From Candidatus Methanosuratincola thermotaenarum (GTDB lineage: Archaea; Thermoproteota; Methanomethylicia; Methanomethylicales; Methanomethylicaceae), in contig JAULTB010000004.1 in assembly GCA_038801655.1 (NCBI GenBank), forward strand, positions 1 through 37,063: a stretch of DNA of 37,063 nucleotides. Reading direction: 5' to 3'. Of this stretch, positions 10,112 through 19,547 are shown piece after piece. The notes beneath the pieces are model-generated. The model searched no databases. It saw only the letters and a program-made list of their open reading frames with translations, and had not been told where the DNA came from. The translations under genes were made by a program, and so were the position numbers. Position 1 is the stretch's first letter; each line of letters opens with the position of its first letter.

Positions 10112-11992
10112 CTAGCAGCTTATGCCGCTCTTGCTCAGGCAGTCCGCGACGTCCTCGAGACCCATCCTGACGAGCTTCTCCCTTGTGGGCACGCCGGTCT
10201 TCGGGTCCCATCCCTTTAGCGCATAGAAGTCGTCGAGCATCTTGTTTAGGGTCGGCTCGTCGGTGTACATGCCCTGTGACGGCCCCTCCGGTATCGGCTC
10301 CTCCAGGAACCTCCTCGGGAGCGTGTCATCCTTCCTCCTTATCCCTGTCCTGACATTGAAGGCCCTCTCCAGATCAAGAATCCGCTCGGCGACTGTTGTC
10401 AGCTCCTCCAGGGTGTAGCCGAACCCTGTGACAGGGTTTATCATGTCCACCCATTTCTGGGTGAGCGTGAACCCGAGCAGCCTCTCAAGGAAGTGGCAGT
10501 TCACTAGGCTGTCCCCGATTGTGGTCATCTGCTGCGTCCCTATGACCCACGCTGCCTTGCCCTCGACAGCCTTCCTGTCTGAGGCTCCAGCGTACTCGCC
10601 TGTGGGCCTGGGGTCATGGTGGCTGCCTCCCCTGGTCGCAGTGGAGTATCCAAGCGCCATGCCCCTCAGAGCCCTTGCGGAGTGCCCAGGTATCTCGAGC
10701 CCCTTGACCTGGATTGCGAAACGCTCCGATCCGCCTCCGATGACTCTGGCCGCCCTCAGGGATCCCTCTGCCATCAGGTTGCCTATCCCTTCCCTCTTCG
10801 CTGTCTTCTCGATGTATGCGATCATTGCGTCGTCGTTGCCGAATTTGAACTCCACGCCGTCTGTGTTCTCCTTGTTTATCAACCCCTTTTCGTACGCCTC
10901 CATCAGGAACGAGACCATCACACCGTAGCTAACGGTGTCCATGCCCCACTCGTCGCAGAGGCTGTCCCCCTTGATTATCGCGCCTAGGTCGTCGATTCCG
11001 CACATCGATCCTAGCGAGTAGATCGTCTCGTACTCCGGCCCCTCAGATATGGCGCCCTTCCACTTGCCCGACTTCGCTGAGAAGACCTTGCTGCAGGCGA
11101 TCGGGCACGCAGGGCACGCCGTGTCCTTGTCCCAGAACTCCTTCTTCAGCCGCTCCCCCGAGATGTTCTCCCAGTTCTGGAAGAACTCTGTCTGGTGGTT
11201 GTAGGATCCCATCGCGCCCAGCATCTTCCCTATGCTGGCGACAAGCGCCGGCGTCCCGTATGTCGGGAGGCCAACCGCTATCCCGGGCACCTTCTTTGCC
11301 TCCTCCTTGTACCACTGCATCCAGGCTTCGTAAGCCTCTGGATCGGCAACCTCGTTGGTTCCAGAGCCCCTCACTGCTATCGCCTTGAGCTTCTTGGAGC
11401 CTAGGACCGCGCCGACACCTCCCCTGCCCGCCGCCCTGTACTCTGTGATAACGCATGCATACCTAACCAGGTTCTCCCCAGCCGGGCCTATCGCAGAGAC
11501 GCAAAGGTTTGGGTCGCCGACTTCCTCCTTTATCATCTCTTGGGTCTCCCCGGTCAGCTTCCCCCACAGCCTCTCGGCAGACCTGAACTCGACCTTCCCG
11601 TCCTCGACGAAGAGATATGTCGGCTTGTCGGCCTTGCCTGTGATCAGGAAGCCGTCGTACCCGGCGTATTTTATCTGGGCGCCGATGAATCCTCCGCTAA
11701 CGCTGTCGAAATAGCCGTTAGTCAATGGCGATTTGGTGGCCATGTAGTATTTGCCAGCTGTCGGGGAGTTGATCCCTTGGAATGGCCCGGTCATCATCGC
11801 CACGACATTCGTAACATCGAACGCATCCATCCGCGGATCGACCATGTCAAAGAGGTACCTCACCGCGAATCCGTTGCCCCCGATGTACTTCCTGGCGAAT
11901 TCGTCCGTCACATCTATGGTGGCTGTCTTCTTGGTGGTCAGGTTTATTGCCAATACTTTGCCTTTATACCCGCTGTACTTCATCATGATCAC
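10112..11992 (-). CDS. aor: Tungsten-containing aldehyde:ferredoxin oxidoreductase family protein
   Basis: KSPLT, IGPAGEN, AAGRGGVGAVLGSKKLKAI, CPACPIAC, EGPEYET and DEWGMDT motifs. Start may be ATG 11986 or 11983. Confidence 0.93.
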   Translation of the reverse strand: MIMMKYSGYKGKVLAINLTTKKTATIDVTDEFARKYIGGNGFAVRYLFDMVDPRMDAFDVTNVVAMMTGPFQGINSPTAGKYYMATKSPLTNGYFDSVSGGFIGAQIKYAGYDGFLITGKADKPTYLFVEDGKVEFRSAERLWGKLTGETQEMIKEEVGDPNLCVSAIGPAGENLVRYACVITEYRAAGRGGVGAVLGSKKLKAIAVRGSGTNEVADPEAYEAWMQWYKEEAKKVPGIAVGLPTYGTPALVASIGKMLGAMGSYNHQTEFFQNWENISGERLKKEFWDKDTACPACPIACSKVFSAKSGKWKGAISEGPEYETIYSLGSMCGIDDLGAIIKGDSLCDEWGMDTVSYGVMVSFLMEAYEKGLINKENTDGVEFKFGNDDAMIAYIEKTAKREGIGNLMAEGSLRAARVIGGGSERFAIQVKGLEIPGHSARALRGMALGYSTATRGGSHHDPRPTGEYAGASDRKAVEGKAAWVIGTQQMTTIGDSLVNCHFLERLLGFTLTQKWVDMINPVTGFGYTLEELTTVAERILDLERAFNVRTGIRRKDDTLPRRFLEEPIPEGPSQGMYTDEPTLNKMLDDFYALKGWDPKTGVPTREKLVRMGLEDVADCLSKSGISC

Positions 11993-12429
11993 TTCCTTGC
12001 CTCAGGTAACCATACGAGCGTTAGCGCTCCCTTGGGGCAGTCCTTGACGCAGCTCGGATCCCCGTCGCAGAGATCGCATATTATTGGCAGCTTGGTCTCC
12101 GGCTGGAGCTTTATCCCGTGGAACGGGCAAGCCTTCACGCAATCACCGCATGAATTGCATAGCTTCGGGTCCACCACGATGTTCCCGCCCTTGTAGGAGA
12201 GTGCCTTCGTAGGGCAGGCGGTTATGCAGAAGCGCTTCTCGCACCTCGTGCAGATGTGGCACTTGAACATCAGTGGGCCCTTCCTGACTATCGTTATTCG
12301 CGAGATCGAGTCCCCGAACTTCTTGTAATGGTATTTCGAGCAGCTCAACTCGCATATCTTGCAGAACGCACATTTCTTTATGTCAAACCTTATCAAGGGC
12401 TTCTTTTCCTGGGCTACAACAACGCTCAT
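11989..12429 (-). CDS. Multi-[4Fe-4S] ferredoxin subunit (DmsB/HydN-like) partnering AOR
   Basis: Four Cys clusters: CAFCKICELSC, CHICTRC..CITACP, CNSCGDCVKACP and CDLCDGDPSCVKDCP. Confidence 0.9.
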   Translation of the reverse strand: MSVVVAQEKKPLIRFDIKKCAFCKICELSCSKYHYKKFGDSISRITIVRKGPLMFKCHICTRCEKRFCITACPTKALSYKGGNIVVDPKLCNSCGDCVKACPFHGIKLQPETKLPIICDLCDGDPSCVKDCPKGALTLVWLPEARK

Positions 12430-12479
12430 AGAGATCCCATGCCTTGTCTTCGATTAAAAGTCAAGTATTACTTATTCCT

Positions 12480-12540
12480 TTTGTATAAATGGCTTATAGG
12501 GAAAGTAAAAGGGTTTTTAAAAGCCCTGTGTGATATATAT
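12480..12540. promoter_or_regulatory. Divergent promoter region with near-palindromic TATA element
   Basis: AT-rich gap between divergent genes; AGGGTTTTTAAAAGCCCT (12510-12527) is an imperfect palindrome. Confidence 0.45.
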
Positions 12541-12557
12541 ACATGGAGGAACTTTTA

Positions 12558-13796
12558 ATGGATAAACCTTGGATGACTTCCAAATGGTTTGTGAGCCCAT
12601 TCAACTATGACCGATCCATGGTCCCGATGCATCCCGACGTCAAGAAGGTTGAGTTCCATGATGTGACACTCAGGGATGGGGAACAGCAGGCGGGGGTCGT
12701 ATTCACGAAATACGACAAGATAGCGATCGGGAGATCCCTGAACAGGGCCGGCGTTGACAGGGTTGAAGTTGGGACGCCTGGATTCTCCTCGGAGGATCGC
12801 GAGGCGCTCCGGGCATTGGTCGCCGCTTCTCTCGAATGCAAGCTCTTCTCCTGGTGCAGGAACAACCGGCTGGACATATCAGCCGCGAAGGACTGCGAGA
12901 GCTGGGGCGTCACAATTGAGATCCCTGCGAGCGAGGTGATGATGAAGGGCAGCTACTCGACCAGCTTGGATGATGTTGTATCGAAGACTGCTGAGAATGC
13001 CGCATACGCAAAGTCCGAGGGGATGCGCGTCGTGCTCCTCCTCGTGGATTCGACCAGATCGAACTTTGACATTCTGAAGAAGATAATCTCTGGAACCGAA
13101 AAATACTGCGACTCATTTGCCCTCTCCGACTCTTTCGGTTCGATACTCCCGATGGCAATGTACGGGTTTGTCAAGGAAGTGCGCGGGATGACCACTAAGC
13201 CTATTGAGGTGCATTGCCACAACGACTTTGGGATGGCTACAGCGAACACTCTGGCAGGGGTAGCAGCAGGGGCATCCGCTGTACACGTCACCGTTAATGG
13301 CATGGGAGAGAGGGCCGGCAACACGTCACTGAGCGAGGTAGCGATCGGACTCAAGCTGCTTATGGGAATCGACTCAAATATCAAGCTGGGGGAGCTTTAC
13401 CGCCTCTGCAAGCTTGTGGCGGACATCTCTGGCTTCCCGATCCCTCTGAACAAGCCTATAGTGGGCGCAAATGTCTTCAACATCGAGTCAGCCCAGTCGG
13501 CGCAGTGGACGTCCAAGGCAGAGGAAGGTTACCTCTCGTACCCGTTTGCATTCGATCTCGTGGGTCACCCTGAACCAAGGATAATCCTGAGCAAGAAGAG
13601 CGGGCCTTACAACCTGGACCTCAAGCTCAAGGAACTCGGTCTCGAGATCCCGAGGGAGAGGTACCCGGAGATCCTCGGAAGGATATACGAGATATCGCTG
13701 CAGAAGAGGGGCGCCGTCTCAGACGAAGAATTCCTTGAGATCCTCCAGGATCTGGGGCTGTACAGGTACAAGCAGGAGGATCTTATGAGGGCATAG
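12558..13796 (+). CDS. DRE-TIM metallolyase (LeuA/homocitrate synthase family) without regulatory domain
   Basis: DVTLRDGEQ, HCHNDFGMA and NGMGERAGN. ATG 12558 follows GGAGGA. Confidence 0.85.
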   Translation: MDKPWMTSKWFVSPFNYDRSMVPMHPDVKKVEFHDVTLRDGEQQAGVVFTKYDKIAIGRSLNRAGVDRVEVGTPGFSSEDREALRALVAASLECKLFSWCRNNRLDISAAKDCESWGVTIEIPASEVMMKGSYSTSLDDVVSKTAENAAYAKSEGMRVVLLLVDSTRSNFDILKKIISGTEKYCDSFALSDSFGSILPMAMYGFVKEVRGMTTKPIEVHCHNDFGMATANTLAGVAAGASAVHVTVNGMGERAGNTSLSEVAIGLKLLMGIDSNIKLGELYRLCKLVADISGFPIPLNKPIVGANVFNIESAQSAQWTSKAEEGYLSYPFAFDLVGHPEPRIILSKKSGPYNLDLKLKELGLEIPRERYPEILGRIYEISLQKRGAVSDEEFLEILQDLGLYRYKQEDLMRA

Positions 13797-13833
13797 AAAG
13801 CAATAACTTAATCATTTTTTATTTTGTCGAACC

Positions 13834-14619
13834 ATGAGGATATTCAAGGATGGAATTACAGTCGGGGCGCATCCTGCATTATACCTCCCTGAGTATGGAA
13901 CACTGGTTATCGCAGACCTCCACATAGGGTATGAGAGCTCGCTGGGCCAGAAAGGGGTCTTCCTGCCGCAGAACGCCTATGCCGCCATGCGCAATAGGAT
14001 CGAAGATTTGCTCAGGGCTACAGGCGCCAAGAGGCTGGCGATTCTTGGCGACTTGAAACATGAATTCGGGAAGCCTTCGCCACAGGAGTGGGTTGAGGTC
14101 AAAGACCTGCTCGGAACGCTTGGGGCTATGGGAGTGGAGACCCATGTGGTGCGCGGCAACCACGACAACTATGTCATCGCCATCCTCTCAAGGTATGGCG
14201 TCCACCTCCATGAGCATTTCCTGATTATGGACCACATTGTGCTGACGCACGGACATTTGGAGGTAGATCTGCCTGAGAACGCTAAAGTCATCTTAATTGG
14301 TCACGAGCACCCTGCAGTCTCATCATTGGACTCCTCGGGCGCCAGGTACAAGTTCAAGTGCTTCCTCGTCGGGAAATACAAGGGCAAGCGCCTTGTGGTG
14401 CTGCCTGCATTCTCCCCGCTTTCGGCCGGCTCGGGTATAAATGAGATAGATCGCGAGGATTTGCTATCTCCTTACCTGCGAAAATCAGACATAGATGGAT
14501 TCGTGCCCTTCGCGGTGGAGGACGGGATAGGGATTTTCCGTTTTCCTTCAATCGGAGTCATGCGCAAGATCCGTAAAGGGGGCGAGGCTACCGGCCAAGG
14601 CAAGAATAAATATATATAA
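13834..14619 (+). CDS. Metallophosphoesterase (archaeal ICC-like, COG1407 type)
   Basis: DLHIG, GDLKH, GNHD, HGH, GHEHP and LPAFSP motifs. Confidence 0.88.
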   Translation: MRIFKDGITVGAHPALYLPEYGTLVIADLHIGYESSLGQKGVFLPQNAYAAMRNRIEDLLRATGAKRLAILGDLKHEFGKPSPQEWVEVKDLLGTLGAMGVETHVVRGNHDNYVIAILSRYGVHLHEHFLIMDHIVLTHGHLEVDLPENAKVILIGHEHPAVSSLDSSGARYKFKCFLVGKYKGKRLVVLPAFSPLSAGSGINEIDREDLLSPYLRKSDIDGFVPFAVEDGIGIFRFPSIGVMRKIRKGGEATGQGKNKYI

Positions 14620-14752
14620 AATATATTTTGTATATTAAGTGCTAAAAAAAGAATTTTTTTTCAAAGATAAATATCGTATATATCTAGCATATTTAAGTAT
14701 ATATAGAGAGTTTTTAAGAGCATTCTTGATATTTTATTTAACAGTGATTGGA

Positions 14753-15058
14753 ATGCGGATTGAGAATAAGAAAATAGAGGGTGACATTAAGATAGCCGAG
14801 GAGCTTACCGTGAATGGCACCATAACGGGGAGTGCAGTCGTGTCAAACGGCGGCAAGCTTATACTCAATGGGATCGTCAATCAGGACGTGATCCTCGAAA
14901 GGGGATCTTATGTTGAAATCTACGGCGAGGTCGAGGGCAACATTCACAACCACGGCGGCGAGCTGAAATTGTACGGGAAGCTTAATGGCTCGCTTTACAA
15001 GGATTCAGGCGTGATCGTGATATACCATAACGCTGTCATCAAAGGCAAGATCTACTGA
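14753..15058 (+). CDS. Bactofilin-like / polymer-forming beta-helical protein
   Basis: 101 aa of repeating (I/V)xG(x)(I/V) units (IEGDI, VNGTITG, IYGEVEGNI, IKGKI). The upstream ORF extension is AT-rich non-coding. Confidence 0.6.
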   Translation: MRIENKKIEGDIKIAEELTVNGTITGSAVVSNGGKLILNGIVNQDVILERGSYVEIYGEVEGNIHNHGGELKLYGKLNGSLYKDSGVIVIYHNAVIKGKIY

Positions 15059-15158
15059 TTTTTCTATCTCTTCCATCCCCTCGAATTGATTAGCGTTAAG
15101 CCTCCAAGATTTGACCGGTTTAGGGCATATTCAGGATTATTGCCAGCCTGGGATCTGC

Positions 15159-16046
15159 TCAATACTGGCGCCCATCATCTTTACTCGTATCCGTCTGAAT
15201 GGTAGAAGGGGCTCTAGTTTCGGAGGCCGTGGGGGGTCCAGCGGAGGCAGCGCAGGTGCTGGATGCGCTTGGCGCCCCATCCCTGAGCATTGAAGCGAAG
15301 GCCTCTGCCCAGGAAAGCGCCGCCCGCCCTCTTTCTGTTATCATGTAAGTTTTGTTCACCCTGTCCGCTGCCAAATAGCCCTCCTTTGCTAGCATCCTCA
15401 GGTGGAACTGGAGATGCCCAGTCCTCAAGCCAAGAGCTCTGCTCATCTCTGTGAACTTCATGCTCCCTTGACTGAGCAACCTAAGCAAGGTAATCCTCCA
15501 CCTGTTAGAGAGCGGCATCAGGGCATTCTCGATCTCGATGGGTTCTGGCAACCCATTCATTTTCGTTTTACCCGTGATGGCTTTGTCGGGCGGATCCGAG
15601 GGGGCTCGGCTGCATTTGGATCCGAGCGTGGTGTCAAAGACAGTTATCAGGATCTTGACTTCTTTTGTGAGGCTCGACACGCTCTCCATGCAGGCTGCGT
15701 CGAGGCAGGGTCTCTCAGAGGATTCGATCAGCGCTTCCAACTGAGTCAAGAGGTGCAGCGCGCCCGTCGTGTCGCCCCTCGCAAACCGCCTGAGCCCTTC
15801 CTCGATAGTCTCTCTCAATTTCTCAAAGCAGTGCTCCTTCAGCCTGCATTCTGAAGTTCTGCCAATTCCATTCATCTCAGGATTGATCAAGCCTTGGGTC
15901 TCTATGCCGACAAGCGTCCTGACCTCGTCACAGAAAGCCCGGCGGAGGTCTTCATACCTGATCTTACCGAAATCCCTCCCCAGCGCCCTTATCTCATTCC
16001 TCAGCCCTTCGATCTCCTCAATCAGTTTCGTCTCCAACGGTATCAC
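15159..16046 (-). CDS. Winged-helix (ArsR-like) transcription regulator with Cys-containing N-terminal domain
   Basis: PLSNRWRITLLRLL..MKFTEMSRALGLRTGHLQFHLRML..GY..YMITERG. Confidence 0.8.
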   Translation of the reverse strand: MIPLETKLIEEIEGLRNEIRALGRDFGKIRYEDLRRAFCDEVRTLVGIETQGLINPEMNGIGRTSECRLKEHCFEKLRETIEEGLRRFARGDTTGALHLLTQLEALIESSERPCLDAACMESVSSLTKEVKILITVFDTTLGSKCSRAPSDPPDKAITGKTKMNGLPEPIEIENALMPLSNRWRITLLRLLSQGSMKFTEMSRALGLRTGHLQFHLRMLAKEGYLAADRVNKTYMITERGRAALSWAEAFASMLRDGAPSASSTCAASAGPPTASETRAPSTIQTDTSKDDGRQY

Positions 16047-16115
16047 TTTAATAATTAAATATTAAAAAATAATACTTATATATACTGCATGGGTATTAAT
16101 AGCGGGGGTAATTTT

Positions 16116-16526
16116 GTGGTAGCTTTGCCTGCAGATGTAATGAAGATCCTTAACGATCCGCGGGCCTCTAAAGTGCTTGGAACAAAGACTCCTGAGGGTC
16201 ATGTCCATATCATCCACGTCGGCAGCCTGATGGCACCAGATCCAAACACAATAGTCGTAGGTGCGATACTGATGAAGCGGAGCAGCAGCAACATGGAGAA
16301 CATGAAAAAATCGAGGGAGCTCGTATCCCTCCTAGTAACGAAGGAGACGGCCTCGTACGAGATAAGGGCAGAGGTTAAGGATTACCTGGCTTCTGGAGAT
16401 ATTGTTGACAGGATGAATGTTGAGCTAAAAAAGATCGGCCTCTCAGCGAGGGGCGTGTGGGTGCTCGAGCCAAAGGAAGTTTGGAACCAGAGTGCAAGCT
16501 ACGAGGCTGGCAAGAAGATAGCCTAG
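16116..16526 (+). CDS. Pyridoxamine 5'-phosphate oxidase-like / FMN-binding split-barrel protein
   Basis: KVLGTKTPEGHVH, SYEI and WNQSA patterns. GTG 16116 follows a GGGGGT SD. Confidence 0.6.
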   Translation: MVALPADVMKILNDPRASKVLGTKTPEGHVHIIHVGSLMAPDPNTIVVGAILMKRSSSNMENMKKSRELVSLLVTKETASYEIRAEVKDYLASGDIVDRMNVELKKIGLSARGVWVLEPKEVWNQSASYEAGKKIA

Positions 16527-16617
16527 CCCGACTCTACTTTTTTTGTTTTTTTCCCTCAATAAGCCTTCAAAGTCGCCCGTTACGCTTTACGACCTCTTGT
16601 AGTTCAAATAAGAAATG

Positions 16618-16627
16618 TTTATATAAA
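16618..16627 (+). promoter_or_regulatory. TATA box for the ilv transcript
   Basis: TTTATATAAA preceded by purine-rich AGAAA (BRE-like); implies a 5' leader of about 140 nt before ilvB. Confidence 0.5.
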
Positions 16628-16791
16628 AATCCCCTTATTTATGAGACTAAGTGATAATGATGAGGAGTACTGCTGGTGCCTGCCTTCTATTCGTTCATGC
16701 CTGACCGTCTGCCGTTTACTGAAGCCGTTCCACCTCGCAGCAGTCCTCTCATATCCGCAAAGAATTCTTATGATGATCAGGAGGGGCTTTT

Positions 16792-18495
16792 ATGAGAGTT
16801 TCAGGGGCTAAAGCCTTAGTGGAGGCGCTGAAGGACGAGAAGGTCGAAGTGATCTTTGGCATACCTGGTGGCTCAACGATACCTTTCTACGACGCTCTTT
16901 ATGAATGCGCTGAGAAGGGGGATCTCAGGCACATACTTGCCCGCCATGAGCAGTGCGCGGCACACATGGCCGACGGGTACGCAAGGGCGAAGGGCATACC
17001 TGGCGTATGCACTGCCACAAGCGGCCCTGGGGCTACAAACCTTGTTACGGGGATAGCCGTCGCGCATATGGACAGCTCACCAGTCGTTGCGATAACGGGG
17101 CAAGTCCCCCGTTCTATGATCGGGAAGGATGCATTCCAAGAGGCTGACATTGTAGGGATAGTGACCCCCATCACCAAGTATGCCTTCCAGATAACGCGGG
17201 CCTCGGAAATACCCGATACCGTTAGGGCTGCCTTCATGCTTGCAAACACAAACCGGAAGGGCCCTGTATTGGTCGACATCCCGAAGGACGTCTTCTACGA
17301 GGAGGTCGACTATATGGAGGCAGAGAAGGTCAGGATAGGCGGGTACGTCGTGAAAAGCGGCAATCCCCATCCCTATTCGATTAAGCGGGCGGTGGGCCTC
17401 ATACTCGAGTCTGAGCGCCCGATCATCATAGCCGGAGGAGGGGTAATCGCTTCAAGCGCAAGCGCTGAGCTCGTGAGGCTCGCCGAGATCATACCCGCTC
17501 CGGTGGCGACAACCTTGATGGGAAAGGGGGCTATCCCGGAAATCCACCCCCTCTCGCTGGGCATGATCGGGATGCACGGGAAAGGGGAGGCAAACATGGC
17601 TGCGGAAGAGGCTGACCTTATCATAGCAGTTGGCATGCGATTCAATGACCGGACAGTGGGCAGGATGGAAAAATTCGGCGAGAACGCCAAGATAGTGCAC
17701 ATAGACATTGATCCTGCGGAGATAGGGAAGAACTTGGGTGTAGACGTCCCAATTGTGGCTGACGCGCGGAAGGCACTCGCGGCCCTCGCTGACCGCCTGC
17801 TCGAGGTGGGGATAAGGAAGAAAGAGAGCGAGTGGTCGAAAAGGATCGCCGATCTGAAGGAGAAGTACAAGGAATTCTACAACAGCGAGGAAGCCAAGGG
17901 GTCCCTCAGCCCAAAGCGCATAATGAAGACCCTCCGCGCCTGCATACCTGAAAGGTCAATCGTTACCACCGGAGTGGGGCAGAACCAGATGTGGGCGGCC
18001 CTTCATTTCCAGGTTTTGGAACCGCGCACATTCATCACATCTGGGGGGCTGGGGGCTATGGGCTTCGGGTTCCCGGCCTCGCTCGGCGTCAAGGTTGCGT
18101 GCCCAGACAGGCCCGTCTTCAACATAGACGGCGACGGGAGCTTCCTGATGACCGAGCAGGACTTGGCTACTGCTGTGGTGGAGCGGATCCCGACCGTGAC
18201 TCTGGTGATGGACAACAGGGTGCTTGGGATGGTTAGGCAGTGGCAGTGCATGTTCTGCGACAAGCGCTACTCAGAGACGGATCTGGGGGCAGTCCCTGAC
18301 TTTGCCAAGCTTGCGGAGGCGTACGGGGCGGAAGGGATCAGGGTGGAGAGCTACAGTGAGCTCGAGTCAGCGATAAGGAGGAGCGTCTCTGCCGAAATGC
18401 CTGTTGTGATAGACGTCCCTGTCTCGCAGGACGAGAAGGTGCTCCCGATGGTTCCTCCTGGCAAGACGCTCAGGGAGGTGGTCTGGTTTGGCTGA
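16792..18495 (+). CDS. ilvB: Acetolactate synthase large subunit
   Basis: FGIPGG, RHEQ, TSGPGATN, GVGQNQMW and the GDGS...N TPP motif. Confidence 0.97.
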   Translation: MRVSGAKALVEALKDEKVEVIFGIPGGSTIPFYDALYECAEKGDLRHILARHEQCAAHMADGYARAKGIPGVCTATSGPGATNLVTGIAVAHMDSSPVVAITGQVPRSMIGKDAFQEADIVGIVTPITKYAFQITRASEIPDTVRAAFMLANTNRKGPVLVDIPKDVFYEEVDYMEAEKVRIGGYVVKSGNPHPYSIKRAVGLILESERPIIIAGGGVIASSASAELVRLAEIIPAPVATTLMGKGAIPEIHPLSLGMIGMHGKGEANMAAEEADLIIAVGMRFNDRTVGRMEKFGENAKIVHIDIDPAEIGKNLGVDVPIVADARKALAALADRLLEVGIRKKESEWSKRIADLKEKYKEFYNSEEAKGSLSPKRIMKTLRACIPERSIVTTGVGQNQMWAALHFQVLEPRTFITSGGLGAMGFGFPASLGVKVACPDRPVFNIDGDGSFLMTEQDLATAVVERIPTVTLVMDNRVLGMVRQWQCMFCDKRYSETDLGAVPDFAKLAEAYGAEGIRVESYSELESAIRRSVSAEMPVVIDVPVSQDEKVLPMVPPGKTLREVVWFG

Positions 18496-19000
18496 AGACG
18501 GCATGCGCATAATCTCCGCGCTCGTCGAGGACAGGCCGGGCGTGCTCTTCAAGGTCGCCTCGCTTATCAGGAGACGCGGATTCAACATAGCAACAATAAC
18601 GGTCGGAGGAACCGAGAAGGACAAGATCTCGAGGATAACCATCACGATGAGAGGCAATCCGGCGATCGTCGAGCAGCTGGTCAAGCAGCTTAGCAAGATC
18701 CCGGACGTAATTAAGATCAGCGAGCTCGACCCTGACGACTCTGCATTCAGGGAGCTGGCTCTTGTGAAGGTCTCTGCGACCGATCCGGCTAAGCGTTCTG
18801 ACGTCCTTAACTACATAAACATCTTCAGGGCTCGGGTGATCGATGCCTCGAAGGATTCGCTTGTAATTGAGGTCGTCGGGCAGCCGAGGAAAATCCAGGC
18901 ATTCCTTGACCTCATGAAGGGCTTTGGGATAATTGAAATGGCAAAGACTGGGATAGTCGCCCTCTCTAGAGGAGCCAAGTCCACTTCGATAGTTGACTGA
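18488..19000 (+). CDS. ilvN: Acetolactate synthase small (regulatory) subunit
   Basis: VEDRPGVL, RRGFNI, SRITI, KQLSK and RELALVKV (ACT domain). Start may be ATG 18503. Confidence 0.95.
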   Translation: MAEDGMRIISALVEDRPGVLFKVASLIRRRGFNIATITVGGTEKDKISRITITMRGNPAIVEQLVKQLSKIPDVIKISELDPDDSAFRELALVKVSATDPAKRSDVLNYINIFRARVIDASKDSLVIEVVGQPRKIQAFLDLMKGFGIIEMAKTGIVALSRGAKSTSIVD

Positions 19001-19112
19001 TCGCCTTGTGGATCGCCCCCTCTATTTTTTCCTGATGCCGTGCCCTCCACAAACGGGAAAAAGGCAAATGTTTTATTTTCCCAGTCCAAATATGATTCCA
19101 GAGGAGATCTCA

Positions 19113-19334
19113 ATGGGCTACATGTGCGGATGCATAAACGGGCACACCTGGTGGTACTTCACCGACGCGACCCCATGTCCATACTGTGGCACCACTGAGA
19201 AGGTCTGCACCGAGTACGAACGCAAGGACCTCGTCAAATACGAATGCGAGAAGAGCCACAAATTCTGGGCCGACTACAAGGTCACCATGTGCCCGCTATG
19301 CGGCACCAAGAACGTAACCAAGAAGAGCGCCTAA
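19113..19334 (+). CDS. Small tandem zinc-ribbon protein (73 aa)
   Basis: Two repeats of C-x3-H...CPxCGT; ATG 19113 follows GAGGAG; oligo-T terminator follows. Confidence 0.7.
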   Translation: MGYMCGCINGHTWWYFTDATPCPYCGTTEKVCTEYERKDLVKYECEKSHKFWADYKVTMCPLCGTKNVTKKSA

Positions 19335-19547
19335 ACACAACCTCTTCTTTTTTTCAGGTTTGTTGACTTTGTATGCCGATTGAAACATGGCATTTGTAAT
19401 GATGGGGTCGCGGTTGCGGTTTATTGCCCCCCCGCACCGAAGCCGTTGGTTGGTTTTTCTTTCATTATAAGCGGATTCGATGCAGGTTTGATTTCAACGC
19501 GTCAATTTTGGTCATATTTATAAACAGCAAAGGATATTCAGATTCCG

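Noticed and set aside
14639-14752. N-terminal extension of the bactofilin-like ORF
   Set aside because: Very AT-rich promoter-like DNA; ATG 14753 is the more plausible start.
16641-16811. 56-codon ORF overlapping the ilvB start
   Set aside because: Starts too close to the TATA box to be in the transcript and has no protein-like features.
19400-19446. GC-rich hairpin (CGGTTGCGG/CCGCACCG) between the zinc-ribbon gene and ilvC as a possible ncRNA
   Set aside because: Only ~8 bp with a bulge, upstream of the likely ilvC TATA box; no recognisable RNA family.
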